A DNA stretch of 63,646 nt, the filler included, from Psammoneis japonica (lineage: Eukaryota), in the NCBI GenBank assembly GCA_008632985.1. It is 4 parts of 4 records of this genome, joined end to end, with 100 filler letters (N's around TTAATTAATTAA, not from the genome) between each part and the next. Parts side by side here need not be neighbours in the genome. Positions count along the whole stretch, not along the records: positions 28,114 to 55,808 come from QPGO01000409.1; 3 more parts are not named here. The stretch is one strand, 5' to 3'. The position numbers and the translations under genes are program-made. Below the pieces are notes generated by a model. It had not been told where the DNA came from and did not search any database. It saw only the letters and a program-made list of their open reading frames with translations. Numbering within the stretch: position 1 is the first letter of the stretch; each line of letters opens with the position of its first letter. This document shows, one piece after another, positions 38,801 to 50,800 of this stretch.

Positions 38801-40020
38801 CCCACCAATTCAAAACAAATTTTTGCCAGCTAGGACAGAACTGGTGCCTTTGCATTGGGCTGTCTGCTGTTTCTTGTGGTTGAGAATAGAAGCCAAGCTG
38901 CATTGTCTGTTTGTCCTTTCTCTCCAAAAATCTTGGCAAAAGTGGCAGGAACAGGATTGACAATCAAGCTGCAGTGCTTCTTGTGATGATTTCACTTCTT
39001 AGAACTGCAACTCAAACCACAAAGAGAATTGCAGGCATTGTTAACATCAACAGCAGCCTTGTCATTGTGAGCACAGATGGCAGCAAAGGCAACTGCCAAA
39101 GAGCAAGCAACTTCATTGTCGGTGCAACGGACAAAAATCATGTGGTTTGCATTGCTGCCACTTTGCAGTCTCACATGATTCAAGGCAGTGAACCACACTG
39201 GCACAGAGTGAAAAAGTCCACATTGTCAACTGAGCCAGACAACTCAAGGCTCCATGGTTTTTGATTGTCCCTTGCAGATGCATGCCTGTGAACTGAAAGT
39301 GGGGAGCTGGTCAATCAACAGTCAAAAGATTTGGTGGGAGACTCATCTGCAAGTTGCTTTCAAAAGACTTGCTTGTGGTGCACTCTCTAGCAATGCCACT
39401 CATGAAGGAAGCACTGCAAGACAGTGTCCACCTTTGTGAGCAAGCAGCTGCCAGCTGAGCAAAAAGCAGCTTGAGTTGCAGCCATTTGGCAGATGGGGCC
39501 ACTGCACCAGCTTGGCCTTGATTTTTCTCCTGGGCAGCTCCACATTGACAATTGAAAGTTCAGCCAACATGCCAATGGCAAAAAAAAAAGTCTCACCTTG
39601 CATGCTTGAAACCCAGTGCGGTTGGGGGACAACAGAAAGGCACAGAGCTGGTGTTTGATGGGAGATCTTTCAAAGCTCGCTGAAGCCATTTGTTGTTTCT
39701 TGTTTGCATCAAGTTTGACCAGTTGGGAAAACTTTGTCCTCATTTTAATGTGTTGAGTGACACCAGTGTGTTCTGTGTTCGCTGGCACGACATCTGCTTG
39801 ATGGGAGGAGTCAGCTGGCAGTGCTGGTCTCACCCCACACCCACACAACTTCATTGCATTTTTTCTTTTTGGCTTTGCAGCACTCGAGAAGCACTCACAA
39901 AGCAGGGACAGGGAGACTGGGAGAAAGTCCTTGGAGAGGTCATCCTCATCCATGATGGCGAGATGTCACTTCTCCCCACCACATTGTCAACCATCGCATT
40001 GTGTTAACAAGCTTTGCGGG
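35860..40020. mobile_element. Heavily mutated repeat island, depleted of both TpA and CpG; family not recognisable
   Basis: Abrupt composition switch; Cys/His-rich, nearly Tyr-free ORFs; 39590-39715 is similar to 46545-46655. Confidence 0.65.
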
Positions 40021-40109
40021 TGATTGTTGCATGATTAAAAAACGCGCCAAATAAAGCTCTAGCTACCGGTAGTAGCGCGGCATGCACGAAAACTGTAACC
40101 TGAAAGGGA

Positions 40110-41001
40110 AAAAAAGCTGTGGTTGGTCGTTTGGTTTGTGGGTGTGCCATCCAACAGTGAGTGTCAGCATTGCGTGTGTGAATTTGCGTTCTTAGTCAAA
40201 TCATGACTTCGTCTAAGCCAACCTCTGTTCTTCTCTGTTGATTCATTAAAGTGGGTGTTGTTGCCGTGTACGCGCTCAATGACGAGTTCAAGTCTATTCA
40301 GCGAGAAACTAAAAACGGAATGGTGACTCCGTCGACCTACATCTTGGCAAAGACCGTCTTGGTCATTCCTATCATGTTTCTCTTTGCGCTCTTTGCCCTT
40401 GGCATTCCAGGCTATGCCATTCAGAACTATCCCCCCAGCAGCTTTGGATTGTCCATTTTGCTGTGGTCCTGTCTGATTTACGTCTTTGAGTGTGTGGCGG
40501 AAGCGCTCTCGGTTGTCTTTGATGATCCCATCATGGGCATGCTGCAGTTTTTGAACTTTTGGTTTGCCAGTTTCTCGTTTGGAGGTGCGTCGGCATGGAT
40601 GCCTTTGGTGTTGTGTGAGCTTCACGACATGGTCTCACCTTCCTTCCGCCCGTGTATACAGGATTCCCCATTTCGGTGGATGATTTGTACTGGCCCCTCA
40701 AGCTCTTTTACTACATCATGCCTTTTAGCTACTGTGTGCGCAGCACCATTTAAAATCTCTTCACCAACTCGGATTGGACGCCGTATTTGGATCCCGAAAA
40801 CCAGGCTGTCTGCACCAACAGCACGTCTGGACTTGACGTTTTGGACGAGTTCGGAAAGGTTTATCCGGTCCTGTGACCAGCGACAAAACCATTGCGCAAG
40901 ACATTGGAGTTCTCATTGCAATTGCCATGTTCTACAAGATTGTCTCTGTCGTTGGGATCATGGTGAAATCTCGAAAGGTTTCCAAAATAAAAGAGATGTA
41001 G
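40110..41001 (+). pseudogene. ABCG transporter C-terminal membrane-domain fragment
   Basis: WFVGVPSN/intron/MGVVAVYALNDEFKSIQRETKNG, FECVAE, GMLQFLNFWF, intron, WPLKLFYYIMPFSY. Has an in-frame stop and frameshifts; no ATPase domain upstream. Confidence 0.8.
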
Positions 41002-41418
41002 GGGCTCAAGACGAGGGGTGGTTCGAGTCTTGTTGTGCACGAAAATATGCTCCTTGCCTTTCCGCTGTCTTACCTTTTTTATCTTCTTGACATGATATCT
41101 AAGTTCGCAAGTAGGTGTGAGCGAGCATCACCGGTTGTTTCTTGTCTGTGCTGTGATTGTCTAGCTGCACTAGAGGGCACTAAAGGATAGCATCACAGAG
41201 TTTCATACCGAGCTAGTTAAGTCTTCCCAAACGTGTCGGTGAAGGCTGCGGAACGCCACAGCTCTCTCGCCATCGCCAAGACCTAAAGAGTCATTATGTT
41301 GAGCGTTTTTCACTGAAACACAACTACTACTCATTACTTTAGGTATACCACATTTTATGTCCTTCCGATGGCACCGTCATGTGGAATAGATCGCAGCCGC
41401 TTCTTGTTACCATTTCAA

Positions 41419-42291
41419 TCAAGCATCAAGATTGCCGGGGTTGTCACTGGAACTGTATTCCTCGACAGTCGAAGACTCCCCACAGCTACTTCCCTCCTGG
41501 CCAGCTGCGCGACTTCCTACGGGCGACGATTCTCCAACACTAGAAACTTGATCGCCTGAATCGTTTCTAATTGCCATAACCAAGTCTACGGGAAGCTGTT
41601 TTCCTCCACCTACAGCCCATGCAGTGGGGTTGTCGCTGTCATAACAAGCTTCTCGTAGTGGGGACACTACAGTCCTATTCGAGTCGCTGCTGGGCGAAGA
41701 CGAGCCGTTACGTGAAACGTTACCGGGTAAAGAGGCAGCACGGGCCTTTTTGTTAGCAGAAAGAATGATTTGATCAGCGTTCTTCATCGATTCCAGAGCT
41801 CGCTTGCTAGGCCTGTTGACCCGTACGTTAGCCTTACGGAGCTTCTCGTACATCTCAGCTTGGTCACTGTCGCCCTTCTTTTCCAGATCTTCAACGCGCT
41901 CTTGAAGCCATCCAATCGATCTTTCAGCCGTTTGTTCTGTTCTTCTTTCTCAGCGTTTTGATACTTTTCAGAGATCAGCGCTCACGATGATCAATAAGAT
42001 TGGAAAGCTGCTGAAGAAATGGCGCTCGCAAATCAGGTGGGAGAAGACCGACGAAGTGGCGGAATCGAAGAAAATGGCCATTCCACTGTTCGTCATCATA
42101 CAAACCAGTATTCTGCAACTTAACAATGATCTCCGCGACACTAAGCATAGTCAGTGTCGCACCTTCGGTGAAAGAAAACGACGTCATGAACAAGGGGTGA
42201 GCAATCAATCACTAACGCCGTGGAAGAGTTGAAAGGAGTCTAGGAACTTACCCTTTCCAGGAACAGAAGATTCATCACTTTCTGATGCCAT
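41419..42291 (-). pseudogene. Coiled-coil hypothetical protein, paralog of 43709-44900, frameshifted
   Basis: Exon 1 MASESDESSVPGK followed by GTAAGT donor; exon 2 GLYDD...FRHFVGLLPP; frame breaks near 41975 and 41880. Confidence 0.6.
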
Positions 42292-45200
42292 TATGGCCTT
42301 TCTTGTAGCTTTAGCCTTCTCTTTCTAACGGATTGAAGACACAAGGGAGACGCAAACAACAACTGGTCAGGAAAATGACAAGAAATCTGATGCGTCTATG
42401 CTTTGCGCGGTCTTCAGTGAAAAAGGCTGCCGCGTAGAATCTATACCCAAGTCCACGTACGACCCAAAGTAACGGCTCATCGCGATAACGGCTAAGATCG
42501 CGCTTTCAAGCTGGCGATTCAAGAAAGAAATGCAGCAGGATTGCTGAGACGTCGGCAGACAACCGCATCTTCACAGCAAAGCGAAACAACCTTGGATCCA
42601 TACATTGCGTCACGTACACGGGATAGTTCTGTACAAAGAGACCACGACAGTTCCGAAAGAGCCTCCACAATGGGTGCAACAAGTAGTAGAACTCACCTTC
42701 TTCTCCTTGGTCGCGGCGCTCACATTAGATGTCTTCACGGTGCGAGCGCTTGAATAGGACGCGACACTGATGTCGTCGTTTGCCATGGTAACGGGTTATG
42801 TATCTGATAAAGCTTGAGGTTTTGTCTTGATTGCTCAAGAATGAAAGTGAGAGAAAGCATTGGTGCCCGTCCAAGCTTGCCACGACCGATGGCTCGAAAG
42901 AAGTTTGCGAACAGTTTTCAAGTGGTATTCTAGGGCGGACTTTTCCTTCCTCCAAAGAAAAGAAAACATTCACGAATCTATCACCACTAAGACGCCATGC
43001 GCTCAAGAAAGACAGGCTTTTCGTCTCCCCTTACAACATGCCTCAATTAGAGCAGGTACGAAGTGCCTCCGCTCACCTTATCAAATACGAAATCTCTCAA
43101 TGCTATGCTCATTGCTCAAGCCAGGCCCAACATGACATGTCTGCGGCTCTCGAGGATGTGGTACCGTTAAAATGACCCTACGTAGCTTAACTCCAGAATG
43201 CTAAACCACAGCCAATTATTCCCTTGCGCTGGTGCACACATCATGAAGCACGCCGGAGACGAGTGCCTTCTCCACACCCCACACCAACTACACCACCGTG
43301 TCGGCCGCCATAGGCAAGCTCTTCTATTAAAAGCACGTTCTCAATCTACCAACAAAACCGTTTACTTTCTAGAAATACACTATGGTAGCATCGACTACCG
43401 GTAGACTAAGGGATACCGAGCATCGACACACATATTTTACATCAACTCATTTCAGATTTCAGACAATCCAACAACATCCAACATCATGACAAATGGGGTG
43501 TCTATTGTGTTGAGTGTTGGCATCGAACTCGATTGAGAACAAAAATCTTTCGAGCCGAAGAAAGGCAAAATACTGTACGTTATGCAAATAATTCAGTTCA
43601 ACATATTAGTATCCTCCTACGGTCAGTCTTTCAATTACAAAGCAACATGTTCAAATCCTTTAGTCCGTGGGTCTCTCCCGTCACTCCAATGACTCGGCTT
43701 ATCGACGCTTAGATTCGTCGCCCGTCGTTGAGAGAGCCGTCTGACTCACTATTCAATTGATCACTTGAAGACGATTCACAGTTTTCCTCATTGTTGGAAG
43801 TCTCCGACCCCTCTTCATCCAAAGCTCCGCCACCTTTCAAGCTATTTCCGTCAGAAGTCGGTGCGCCAGGTGATGAAGCACCTTGGGTGAGGCGGAGTCT
43901 CTTGCCGGGAGGGATGGCAGTGTCCAGATCTAGCTTTCGTTCACGAGGCCGCTTGTGACTTGCTTGCAGTCCCGCGTAAGCCTTGTCCACAAGGTTGTTG
44001 AGGTCTTTAACAAGTTTCACGAGGGATGCGATTTCCTTCTCGGAGACAATCCAAAGACGCTCTTTGAGACCACGGATTTGCTCTTCAAGCACTTCTCTGT
44101 CTCCAGCAGAGAGAGTTGCAGCGCTACTTCCGTCGTCAGCGGAGTTCTTGTTCACGATGACCTCCATATCCAGAAGTTTGACACGCACTGAGGTTGAAGA
44201 GCTAGATGAGCTCTTGCTTCCGGAAGAAGAATGGCGGTTCCTGTTGTCAGGGCTGCTACGCTGCGTGTTGTCGGGAGCGACAGCAACTCCACGATCCTCC
44301 TCGTCAGTTGATCTAAGGCGAGCCTCTGTCTGAAATACGTCGCGCTGCTTTCGACTTGCTTGAAGCTCCTCGTTGGCATCATCTCGAATGCTGCTGAGAC
44401 ATTCAACTTGTGCAGTGAAGGCATCTTTAAGAGGAGCAACCTCCCTGTGAAGCTCTTTGCAACGCCCTTCAAGTTCCGCGTTGCGCCCTTTAAGTTCCGC
44501 GTTGCGCCCTTTAAGTTCCGCGATGCGTTCTTCATTGTCCCGAGCTTCCTCCCTTAATTGGTCAACATCCATCAACCGAAGGCGATGGTTGAAATGAATG
44601 GAGAGTTGCACTTCAAATGAAACCTGCGACTCTGGTGGAAGACGTGCGACGAGTTTCCGGTAACGTTCGACGTAGCGCGCGTATGTCTTGTCGTCGTACA
44701 GATCGACCTTCTGGATCTTGACAAAGGTTTGCGACAGTGACTCCATGACCTTGACCAACTCTGCTGTGATTCGAAACGCCAGCCACAAAGAGAAATCAAA
44801 ACATGAGCAAGGCACAAGGTGATCTTACGCGAGGAATAAAAATGGAAGAGCCCCACTCACCCATTGCATCAACACTAGATTCATCACGTTCTGATGACAT
44901 GATGGTCTTTCTTCGAGCCTTAGCCTTCTCTTTCTAACGGATTGAACACACAATGGAGGCGAAAACAACAACGTGGTCAGTAAAATGACAAGAAATGGAT
45001 GCGTGTCTGCTCTGCGTGATCGTTCGTCGAAACGGTTGTCGTGTAGAATTTGTACCGAAGCCTACAGCGACAGAAAGCGTAACGGCACAAAAGAAATCCG
45101 GTGCTCATCTTGATCACTCAAGACGACAACGGTCGTCTCTCGAGTTAACGGTTCCAGAAAGAGACGCAACCGGAAAGGGCAGGTTGCCACGGCTCATACA

Positions 45201-45560
45201 GAACCCATACCTTCACAAGCCACGTGTCCCACGAATCCATACATTGCGCCACGATACGCATCAGATTGTCTTGTACAGAGAGATCACGAACACTGTCAAA
45301 GAAACGAGCTCACCTTCTTCTTCGCCTCGGCGCTCACGTTGCATGTCTTGACGGTGCGAGCGCTTGAACACGAGACACTAGTGTTGTCGTTTGTCATGGT
45401 AACAGGGTTTCGTATCGCTTGTGGCTTTCGTCTTGATTGCTGGAAAAATATAAGTGAGAGAAAGCGTTGGAGCATCGACGCTTGGTATTCACGACCGATG
45501 GCCAGAAAGAGGTTTGCGAAACGTATTCAATCGGGACTCATGGCAGACGTTTCCTTTCTC
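42270..45560. repeat. Diverged direct duplication: about 42270-42960 vs 44880-45560 (first exon plus upstream region)
   Basis: Shared blocks TTAGCCTTCTCTTTCTAACGGATTGAA, ATCCATACATTGCG, CTCACCTTCTTCT, ACGGTGCGAGCGCTTGAA, CCATGGTAAC/TCATGGTAAC and CACGACCGATGGC. Confidence 0.85.
43709..44900 (-). CDS. Coiled-coil hypothetical protein, 2 exons
   Basis: Exon 1 MSSERDESSVDAM followed by GTGAGT donor; long exon 2 with DLYDD...YRKLVARLPP, a 21-bp repeat (ELKGRNA, about 3 copies) and an NLS-like PPGKRLR. Confidence 0.7.
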
Positions 45561-46489
45561 ACCACATATTGGCTTTGTAAGCTCAAACTATCAGGAGCAT
45601 GCACCAACCGATCTCGCGGACTTTTCCAACCAACCAGCTTTGAGATTCAAGCCTCTGAGGATCGCTACAAGGGTCCAAAGCGTACATGGGCGACCTCGTT
45701 GGTCTCACAAACCTTAGCCCACGGGTATCAAACAATACCTGGCGCAACCAAGTATATTCATGATTAAACCAATTGGGATCCATCACTACTGCGGAGTGTT
45801 TATAACTTCTTTTGAAAAGTCCTTCCCCACCATCAATTCTTGTTGAGTCACGGGAAACAGATGAAACTGTTTCTGTCAACAAGCATCGGCAAACAAACGT
45901 TGGGATATTGAAAAGGCTTCCCGTTGGCGCATCATGGACTGAGACGTCGGCTGCTCCGAGGAGAGTAAGGTTGCGAGTCAAAATGTTTGGCTTTGGAACC
46001 TTCAGTACTTCTCGTAAATCCAACAATAGCACGGACAAGCTTTGCCGCTGACTATCATAACTTTTGTTTCTCCAGCATTCGATCTTCTTTGGTGTTATGG
46101 CTGCCTACACTCCGTCAATTCAACGTTTCTGTTGATGGAAGATTCCTAGTACCTTTTGGCTTACCACAGCTTTTTAATTGTCACTTGGAGACCCGCCTAC
46201 AAAATGACAATGAGGTCGTTGGTCAATCGAAAGAGTTTACCGGTCTCGTTTTCAAGTTTCAGAAGATCCATCGCAACGCCATACGACGTAATCATCGCGT
46301 TCACAAGGAGCTGCAGGATGAGCTACAGTTTGAACCGTGGCCCTTCTGCAGATTGTCCTCTCTCCCTCATAGTGATGAAAATTCTGCAGTAGGAGTTGTA
46401 GAGTTCAACCCAATCCACAGGTCCGTTGCCAAGGCGGCCTTGAACAATGTTCGTCTCCTGAAGTGGCGCTCCACAACATTGAATGCTCT

Positions 46490-46700
46490 GCAAGTGCAGC
46501 GCCAAGGCAAAAGAGGAGCGACAAACAAGAACGAAAAACAAGCTCTTGCCTTGCATGCTCAGCACAACCCATTGTCACAACAGCCAAGAGTTTGTGTTTG
46601 ACAGGAGATCTTTCAAAGCATGCTGAAGCAGCCATTTGTTGCCTGTTTGCATTAGTTCTCCCCTCATCACCATTGTTGTCGGGCCAACCCCAATGTTCCG
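46490..46700. mobile_element. Short TpA-depleted repeat fragment related to 39590-39715
   Basis: CCTTGCATGCT...GTGTTTGA..GGAGATCTTTCAAAGC...CTGAAGC...CCATTTGTTG...TGTTTGCAT is present in both places. Confidence 0.7.
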
Positions 46701-46859
46701 TTGCTGTCGTCAACGAGCAGCGCAGCGCGAGTGATGATCGCGCGACGAGAAAACGCGCCCAAAAATACTCGCGCGGTCAGCAAAAAACTGCAACCCGGAA
46801 ATGAATCATTTGTTTTTTTGCGAAAACCAAAGCAACAAAGCCATTGGACCCCTATCACC

Positions 46860-47582
46860 ATGGTAAAGCAGCCCCCCTTTACTGCGCAGCTTATCTATGC
46901 AGATACCAAGGCCAAGTTTCAGGAGCACACGGCTCCAAACGGCCAGGTCTACGTTGAAGTCGAACCGGACGCCGAATACTTTGTTCGGCTTCGTTCCGAA
47001 CGCACTGGACGTGTTCTCTGTTTCATTGAGGTAGATGGAGAGGACCTTGGGTACCGCACCAAACTTTCAAATGACTCTAGTTATCATGATAGGGGATTAT
47101 ATTCCTTTGATGGGGTGAATCATCAGACGATGAAAGCTCTTGTGTTTGTCAAGACGCCTGTACAGATGCAAGGCGATCCTGCAAACGCTCCTCCATACTG
47201 GACTGGAGAAATCAAGGTTTCATTCTATGAAGGAATCAGGACCGCAACAAAGGTTCAACCAAAAGCATTGTCCAGTTCGTGGACTGGCGGAAATGTGGGA
47301 CACATGATTGGAAACGATCCTAGCAAAAAGAAGGGTCTCAAATCAAGCAAGGGCGAGTACCAAGAAGTCAAGCAAGTTTCCGGTGGGAGACGCACAAAGT
47401 ACAAAAAGGGACAACTCCTCGACACGATTGGCTTGAAGTACTGCTCTACGATTGGCTTGATTCATGCAGGGATCTTGCCCAAGCCGCCAGCATGGGAGCT
47501 TCATCGCATGATGTATCCCGCAAACACGGCTCCGGTGGATCAAGCGACCGCCGGTATGAGTATCGACCTGACTGCGAGCTAG
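46860..47582 (+). CDS. Conserved hypothetical protein (240 aa)
   Basis: Clean ORF starting MVKQPPFTAQLI..; motifs EH....YVEVEPDAEYF, VDG.DLGY and L.YCST.GLI..G.L are typical of a family I recall from diatoms. Confidence 0.75.
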   Translation: MVKQPPFTAQLIYADTKAKFQEHTAPNGQVYVEVEPDAEYFVRLRSERTGRVLCFIEVDGEDLGYRTKLSNDSSYHDRGLYSFDGVNHQTMKALVFVKTPVQMQGDPANAPPYWTGEIKVSFYEGIRTATKVQPKALSSSWTGGNVGHMIGNDPSKKKGLKSSKGEYQEVKQVSGGRRTKYKKGQLLDTIGLKYCSTIGLIHAGILPKPPAWELHRMMYPANTAPVDQATAGMSIDLTAS

Positions 47583-47823
47583 AGGTCGAAGAGAGAGGTC
47601 CAATTGAGGATATCTTGCTTGACTTGTGGTACTCAAATCAACAGATTCGTTTACATGCAACATGCTAAAGTAGAGGCGTTTGGAATGTGGAATGTGTCTC
47701 GCCAGGCTTCTTCTTTCACTTCATTATAATGTTTTAGGCGTTTTACTCTGCACTTGTCAGTCGCTAGAAACACCTATAGTTCTACGAGAGTGAAGCAAAA
47801 TTCTCAGACAGGAAACTCGGTTT

Positions 47824-50800
47824 TTAGTTCTTCTTTTGGTGGTTCTTCTTTTGGTGTTTTCTCTTCCCGCGAGTTCTTCTCCGCTTGCCGGATGCTCGTT
47901 TTGGCTTTTTTGATATCACACCACTACCTCGATTGTTGCGATCCACTTTCTTGTAATATTCAAGGACGGCATCGAGGTGGGAGAACACTTTTGATTTCAC
48001 GACAACAAGCTTTCGCGACGCTGTATTGTCATCAGCTTCCTCCTCCTTTCCTCCTTTTGATCCCTCTGTTTTGCTGGACGGACGCTTTCCTTCTTTGATA
48101 TTATCAAGAGAAGAAACGTGAGAACGAACATGCTCAATAAGAGCAGCTCGTTGCAAGGGAGGAGAAACTTTGCTTGCAATTACCGACGACATGGAGCAGT
48201 ACAATTCCGTAGCCTCTACTTCCATCAGTCTTGGCTCTGACGGCGAATAACCTTTCAAGAAATCTAGAATCAACATGCAGAGCCTCACCGCATCCCCCGC
48301 TTCAAACTCTGGCGAAAGACACTTGCACCCAATCACGACCTGCTGAAACAAATCCAGTATGGCGGGTACCGACTGTGAAGTTAATGACAGATTAGCCTTT
48401 TCACTGTGATAGTTATACAGGTCGGCATAGACGACGGTACTGTCGTCGTCTTCTTCAGGATATTTCGAATTTGAAGAAATGCCGGAATAATCTTTCCGGC
48501 TGAATTCAGACGAGCGCAGAGCATCTCGTCTTTCGAGTAGAGTGTGGTGATGAATCACTGATTTGCGCACCATGGTTTCTACCCAAGACAGGTTCCTTGC
48601 AAACAACATCTGCTTTTCGATTGGTTGCTTCAACGGATCAACATCAGGATGCTTTGGGGCGTTCGAGTCTATCTCATTGAATATTCCAATCGCAGTGTTG
48701 TACACGTTTGGGGCATTGTGCAACAAATGATTGAGCTGCCGGGAATGCCACCCCGTGTCGGTATCCGTTCCTTGAAATGACTCGTAGAAATCAATTGTTT
48801 CGTCAAACTGCCTCACAATGTGTAAGATTTCAGCAGTGGCGTGGTGATGGGAGAACCCTTGTTTTTGTTGCAACGTGGGCGAAAACAAAAACGAGGCTAC
48901 ATGCCCCCATGCTTGAATTGCATCTTCAAACGCAGAGCTCTCCACAAAGAACTCAGGTCGAGACTGCTCAAGCCGAACTTGACGTAACGAATTGCACAGA
49001 GATTCAAGCTCGGAACTACAGCTCTGAGCAGCACCCACTATAGCATCAATCTCATTGTTCGAATCTGAGCCATCCACGTCACTCCTCGATATTCTCGATT
49101 CTTCCCTTGCCGCTTCGACAAGTCGCTGTATTCTGGTTCGCCACGCCGTAATTGGCAGTGCCTTGACTCTTCCATCGGGACTGACTTGCTGTGTCGTCTT
49201 GCTCTGCTCTTGTAATCGTTGAATCCATTCCGCAACTTTCTGTGGGCCAGTTTCATGTCCAGAATATGCCCATGCCGCCAAAATGGGGTGAAAGGTTTGC
49301 AGTCTCGGCACAATTGTTGTGGGTGCAACAAGCTGCGAAGCAATCAGACGCATGGCCAAGGCTTCTGCCTGCAACAGACCGTCCAACGTTCCCGTTCGGA
49401 CCCAAGCTTGAATGACTGATTCGTACGTTTCAATATTGGGCGATACGTTGCTTTCATGTGACGTTTCCATATCATCCATCCACTCTGCCATTCGACGAGC
49501 CTCGATCGTGAGACCATCATACATATGTTGTTGTTGCTGCTCGCGAAATCCTTTTGCAAAGATTACATCGTGTCGATCCCATGGAATATGCCGCGACCAC
49601 GGGGGTACATCATGAATGCCACTGGCACGGCGTAAATGCGCATTGTACATGACCGTGTCGGGTTGCAACGTTTCATCCTGAAAGCGTTGGCTATATCGTT
49701 TGGCTCGTTCAATCCACCGTTTGGAATGCGCGTCATTGGAAAATAAGGTTGGAACATCGTGAGGTTCTCCCGTTTTGCAACCATTGGTCCAGCAAGCCAT
49801 AATGGAAAGGAACGTCTCGCGATTTGGTATCAACAATCCATCCTTGATCACAATCTCTTTCGTATTGGAGTCCACATCCCTTGTCAAAGAATTGTAATTC
49901 TTTCGAATAAAGTCCCGGCCTATTTGACGTCCAACTCGTCCCCACAATTGAATGACTGTATTGTACGTTTCCACGTTTGGTTTGGGAAGAAGAACTTCAT
50001 CCTGTTGTTGTTGGTACAAAGCACGGTTGTTGTTTCCATCCAACATTTTGGTCAACAAGACATCCGCTCGTCGAGCTACTTCCTCATCTGTTCCCGAAAA
50101 GCATTTCATGTACACATTGTACACGTCTGCCGTTAATTGGCACTCTTTGTGTTCGTGCAGTAGCTTGACAATACCCTTGGCAAGTGGTTCGACACTGGCC
50201 TTCATTGCCGATTGTTGTGCATTAATATTGGCAAGTGCACCCAAGACGGAAATGGCTGCATCGACAGTGACAAGGTCTTTTTGTGGAAAAGGTTGAAATA
50301 GACTTTTGGCAAAGGTATTCTTTTTCTTTTTCGTGTCATTCTTGTTGTTGTTGATTCCCTTGGCTGTCCTATACCACGCCAAGGCACCATCGATAATGGC
50401 TTGGTGTTGTTGCTCGGAATATGGATACGACGCGTCATCACGAGACAATGGTAAGGTGCTCCAAGACAAATCATCGTCTTGTTTAGTTGTTGCAGGATGC
50501 GTTTGAACACTTTTGGCCCAAGCCTTCAATACTCGATCCATGGCTGTCTTTTCTGTAGACATGTGCTGAAGAGTGTATTCTTCTTCTTCTTGTTCGTTGT
50601 TGTCCTCCACATTTTCCAAGTCATAGGTTGTTACACCCAATCGAGGTATGGATCTTGGTGGTGGCGGTATGGTCTCGTCGGAACCAAACATCTCTACTTC
50701 ATTGGGACCGTGTGGAGAAGACGAAATCAAGACGGGTGGTGGCTCGTCATGGATATTGTCGTCTGTTTCCAATTCTACATCACTCTCCATTTCCTCATCA

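Noticed and set aside
45583..46470. ORFs 45583-46038 (-) and 45987-46601 (+) as genes
   Set aside because: No recognisable motif, non-ATG starts and many stops in adjoining frames; at most an old pseudogene.
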